Origin: Gammaproteobacteria bacterium | GTDB lineage: Bacteria > Pseudomonadota > Gammaproteobacteria > DATFLL01 | Length of the DNA stretch: 64,000 bases | Reading direction: 5' to 3' | Assembly (NCBI GenBank): GCA_035267785.1 | Contig: DATFLL010000061.1 | Span: forward strand, 477 to 64,476 | In this document: positions 62,584 to 64,000 of the stretch, piece after piece | Position numbering within the stretch: position 1 is the first letter of the stretch | How the letters are laid out: every line of letters begins with the position of its first letter | Translations under genes and position numbers: made by a program | The notes under the pieces: model-generated | Databases searched by the model: none | What the model saw: the letters and a program-made list of their open reading frames with translations, nothing else | Told to the model about the DNA's origin: nothing

Positions 62584-63282
62584 TCAAATCAGCCTCGCAC
62601 CGCCGTCCAGGACATTGATGGTGCCCGTGACATAAGGATTGACCATGAGCGACAGATATCCTGACGCGATCTCGTCGAGCGTTCCCAGCCGTCCGGCCGG
62701 AAACTGGCGGGCATAATCCTGCACGGATTCGCCTTTTGCCTCGACAAACCCCGGACTGACACAATTCACCCGCACCGGTCCGAGCTCGACCGCCAACGTC
62801 CGGCAGAGCGTTTCGGTGGCGCCATTGATGAGCGCCATCGTCGAAGCCCCCCGGTAGATTCTCTCGCCTGCAATGCCGCTGGTGAGGACAATACTTCCCG
62901 TCTCACTGATGTAGCGCGCGGCCACCTGAACAAGCCGGTACTGCCCCCAGAATTTCGTCTCGAAAGCACGCCTTGCTTCGTCAATATCGACGTCGACAAA
63001 CGCTCCTGAGCGAACCTCCGGCCTCACGGCGACGATCAAGTGGTCGATCGCACCGATTGACTCGAACAGCCCCTCGCAGGCGTTCGGGGCAGTAATATCG
63101 AACGCATGAGTTTCCACCGCATCCAACCGTTCTGGCAATGCGGCCATGCGTTCCGGCGCACCACGAGAGGCGACAATAACGTTCGCCCCTTGTCGCCGTA
63201 GGCGCTTTACCACTGCCAGGCCAATACCGGAGCTCCCCCCGACCACCAATACGCGCTTCTGCTCCAAAGTAAGATCTGTCAT
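62584..63282 (-). CDS. SDR-family oxidoreductase
   Basis: VLVVGGSSGIGLAV (TGxxxGxG-like Rossmann motif) and the catalytic YxxxK region. Confidence 0.8.
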   Translation of the reverse strand: MTDLTLEQKRVLVVGGSSGIGLAVVKRLRRQGANVIVASRGAPERMAALPERLDAVETHAFDITAPNACEGLFESIGAIDHLIVAVRPEVRSGAFVDVDIDEARRAFETKFWGQYRLVQVAARYISETGSIVLTSGIAGERIYRGASTMALINGATETLCRTLAVELGPVRVNCVSPGFVEAKGESVQDYARQFPAGRLGTLDEIASGYLSLMVNPYVTGTINVLDGGARLI

Positions 63283-63419
63283 CTCAGTCTATTACCGAAT
63301 TCCCGGATAAGCGGCAGCTGATGAAGGGTGGCCTTTGCGCATTCATGGCGCAGCCATAAATAAAACAATGTACAGGCTAAGATATCCGACCGAGCACCGC
63401 GAGCGGATTGACGGTCTTG

Positions 63420-63803
63420 TCAGGCCCACTGGGGCAGAGCCTTTTTCAGCCCTTGCCTCCAATCGCTCACAAACTGCTCGATTGATTCGACAAATTCGGC
63501 CTCGGCCGTCCTGTCATCGATCGTGCAATGGACGACCAGCACCCCTTCTTCCCTCTTCACCGCGACTGTCCAGGCCAGCGCATGCGGACAGCTCAACAAC
63601 GCGACTCGCACGCCATTTCGAATTCTTTCGCGGGAAACCTGGAATTGGCCCCATACGCAGTAGATTTCGCCAATATTTTCCGACTGGACGGAAATCACAG
63701 AATCGATTGAGGCGCACAACCCCGGAAGGCGATCGATCGTTACAAGCTCGTAGACCCACTCAGGGCTAATAGTCTGACTCTCGATTTCCGCAAAGAACTC
63801 CAT
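63420..63803 (-). CDS. hypothetical protein (127 aa), lower GC (about 53%), followed by AT-rich DNA
   Basis: Clean ORF whose composition differs from the 65% GC core. Confidence 0.45.
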   Translation of the reverse strand: MEFFAEIESQTISPEWVYELVTIDRLPGLCASIDSVISVQSENIGEIYCVWGQFQVSRERIRNGVRVALLSCPHALAWTVAVKREEGVLVVHCTIDDRTAEAEFVESIEQFVSDWRQGLKKALPQWA

Positions 63804-64000
63804 GCAACACCTACTTTATGTCGATCTTTCTTTTCGCCTAACGCCTAAATAACTGGCGGGCGAAAGTGGCGAATTTTTGCGTCTTTTGCAAAAATTGCGA
63901 CGCTTTTGACCGTCCATGTTAATTTTTTTGTTATGTGATTAGCGAACAACACGAATGGTTGTATCACTTTCCCTAACTGCAAAATATTCCCGCACTAAGA

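Overview
High-GC (about 65%) gammaproteobacterial chromosome segment, read directly from the sequence with no database searches. Most of it is conserved housekeeping with Pseudomonas-like synteny. The core runs tRNA-Pro, folD, cysS, gltX, ppiA, ppiB, lpxH, then metZ-purF-cvpA-dedD-folC-accD-trpA-trpB-trpF-truA-fimV-asd-leuB-leuD-leuC plus a LysR regulator. It continues aroC-hemN-prmB-mog, an isolated fleN-fliA pair, orn, rsgA, recR-ybaB-dnaX, and a 4.5S SRP RNA (ffs) just upstream of dnaX. Two RNA genes that the ORF track cannot show were found by eye: tRNA-Pro(UGG) at 82-155 (-) and ffs at 51491-51605 (-). The things most worth a second look are as follows. (1) A complete three-gene AmmeMemoRadiSam cassette (radical SAM enzyme divergent from Memo-like and AMMECR1-like genes), a conserved system whose function is unknown. 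(2) A rich set of intergenic repeat families whose inverted arms are built from tandem 7-8-nt units (CACAGAG/CGCAGAG, GTGAGGG, TTGGCAG/CTGCCAA). Copies sit inside the leuCDB operon, and there is a 12-copy heptamer array (AGTTGGC)12 right before an MFS transporter start codon. (3) A candidate roughly 330-nt standalone structured RNA with a near-consensus sigma-70 promoter and tandem intrinsic terminators between the glycerate kinase and NUDIX genes. (4) The 3' quarter of the window (about 52-64 kb) looks accessory: lower-GC patches, REP-like palindromes flanking a Dph6-like/YdhR-like gene pair, a G9 homopolymer, a P-type ATPase, and small unknown proteins. No CRISPR arrays, rRNA genes, intact IS elements or prophage genes were seen.
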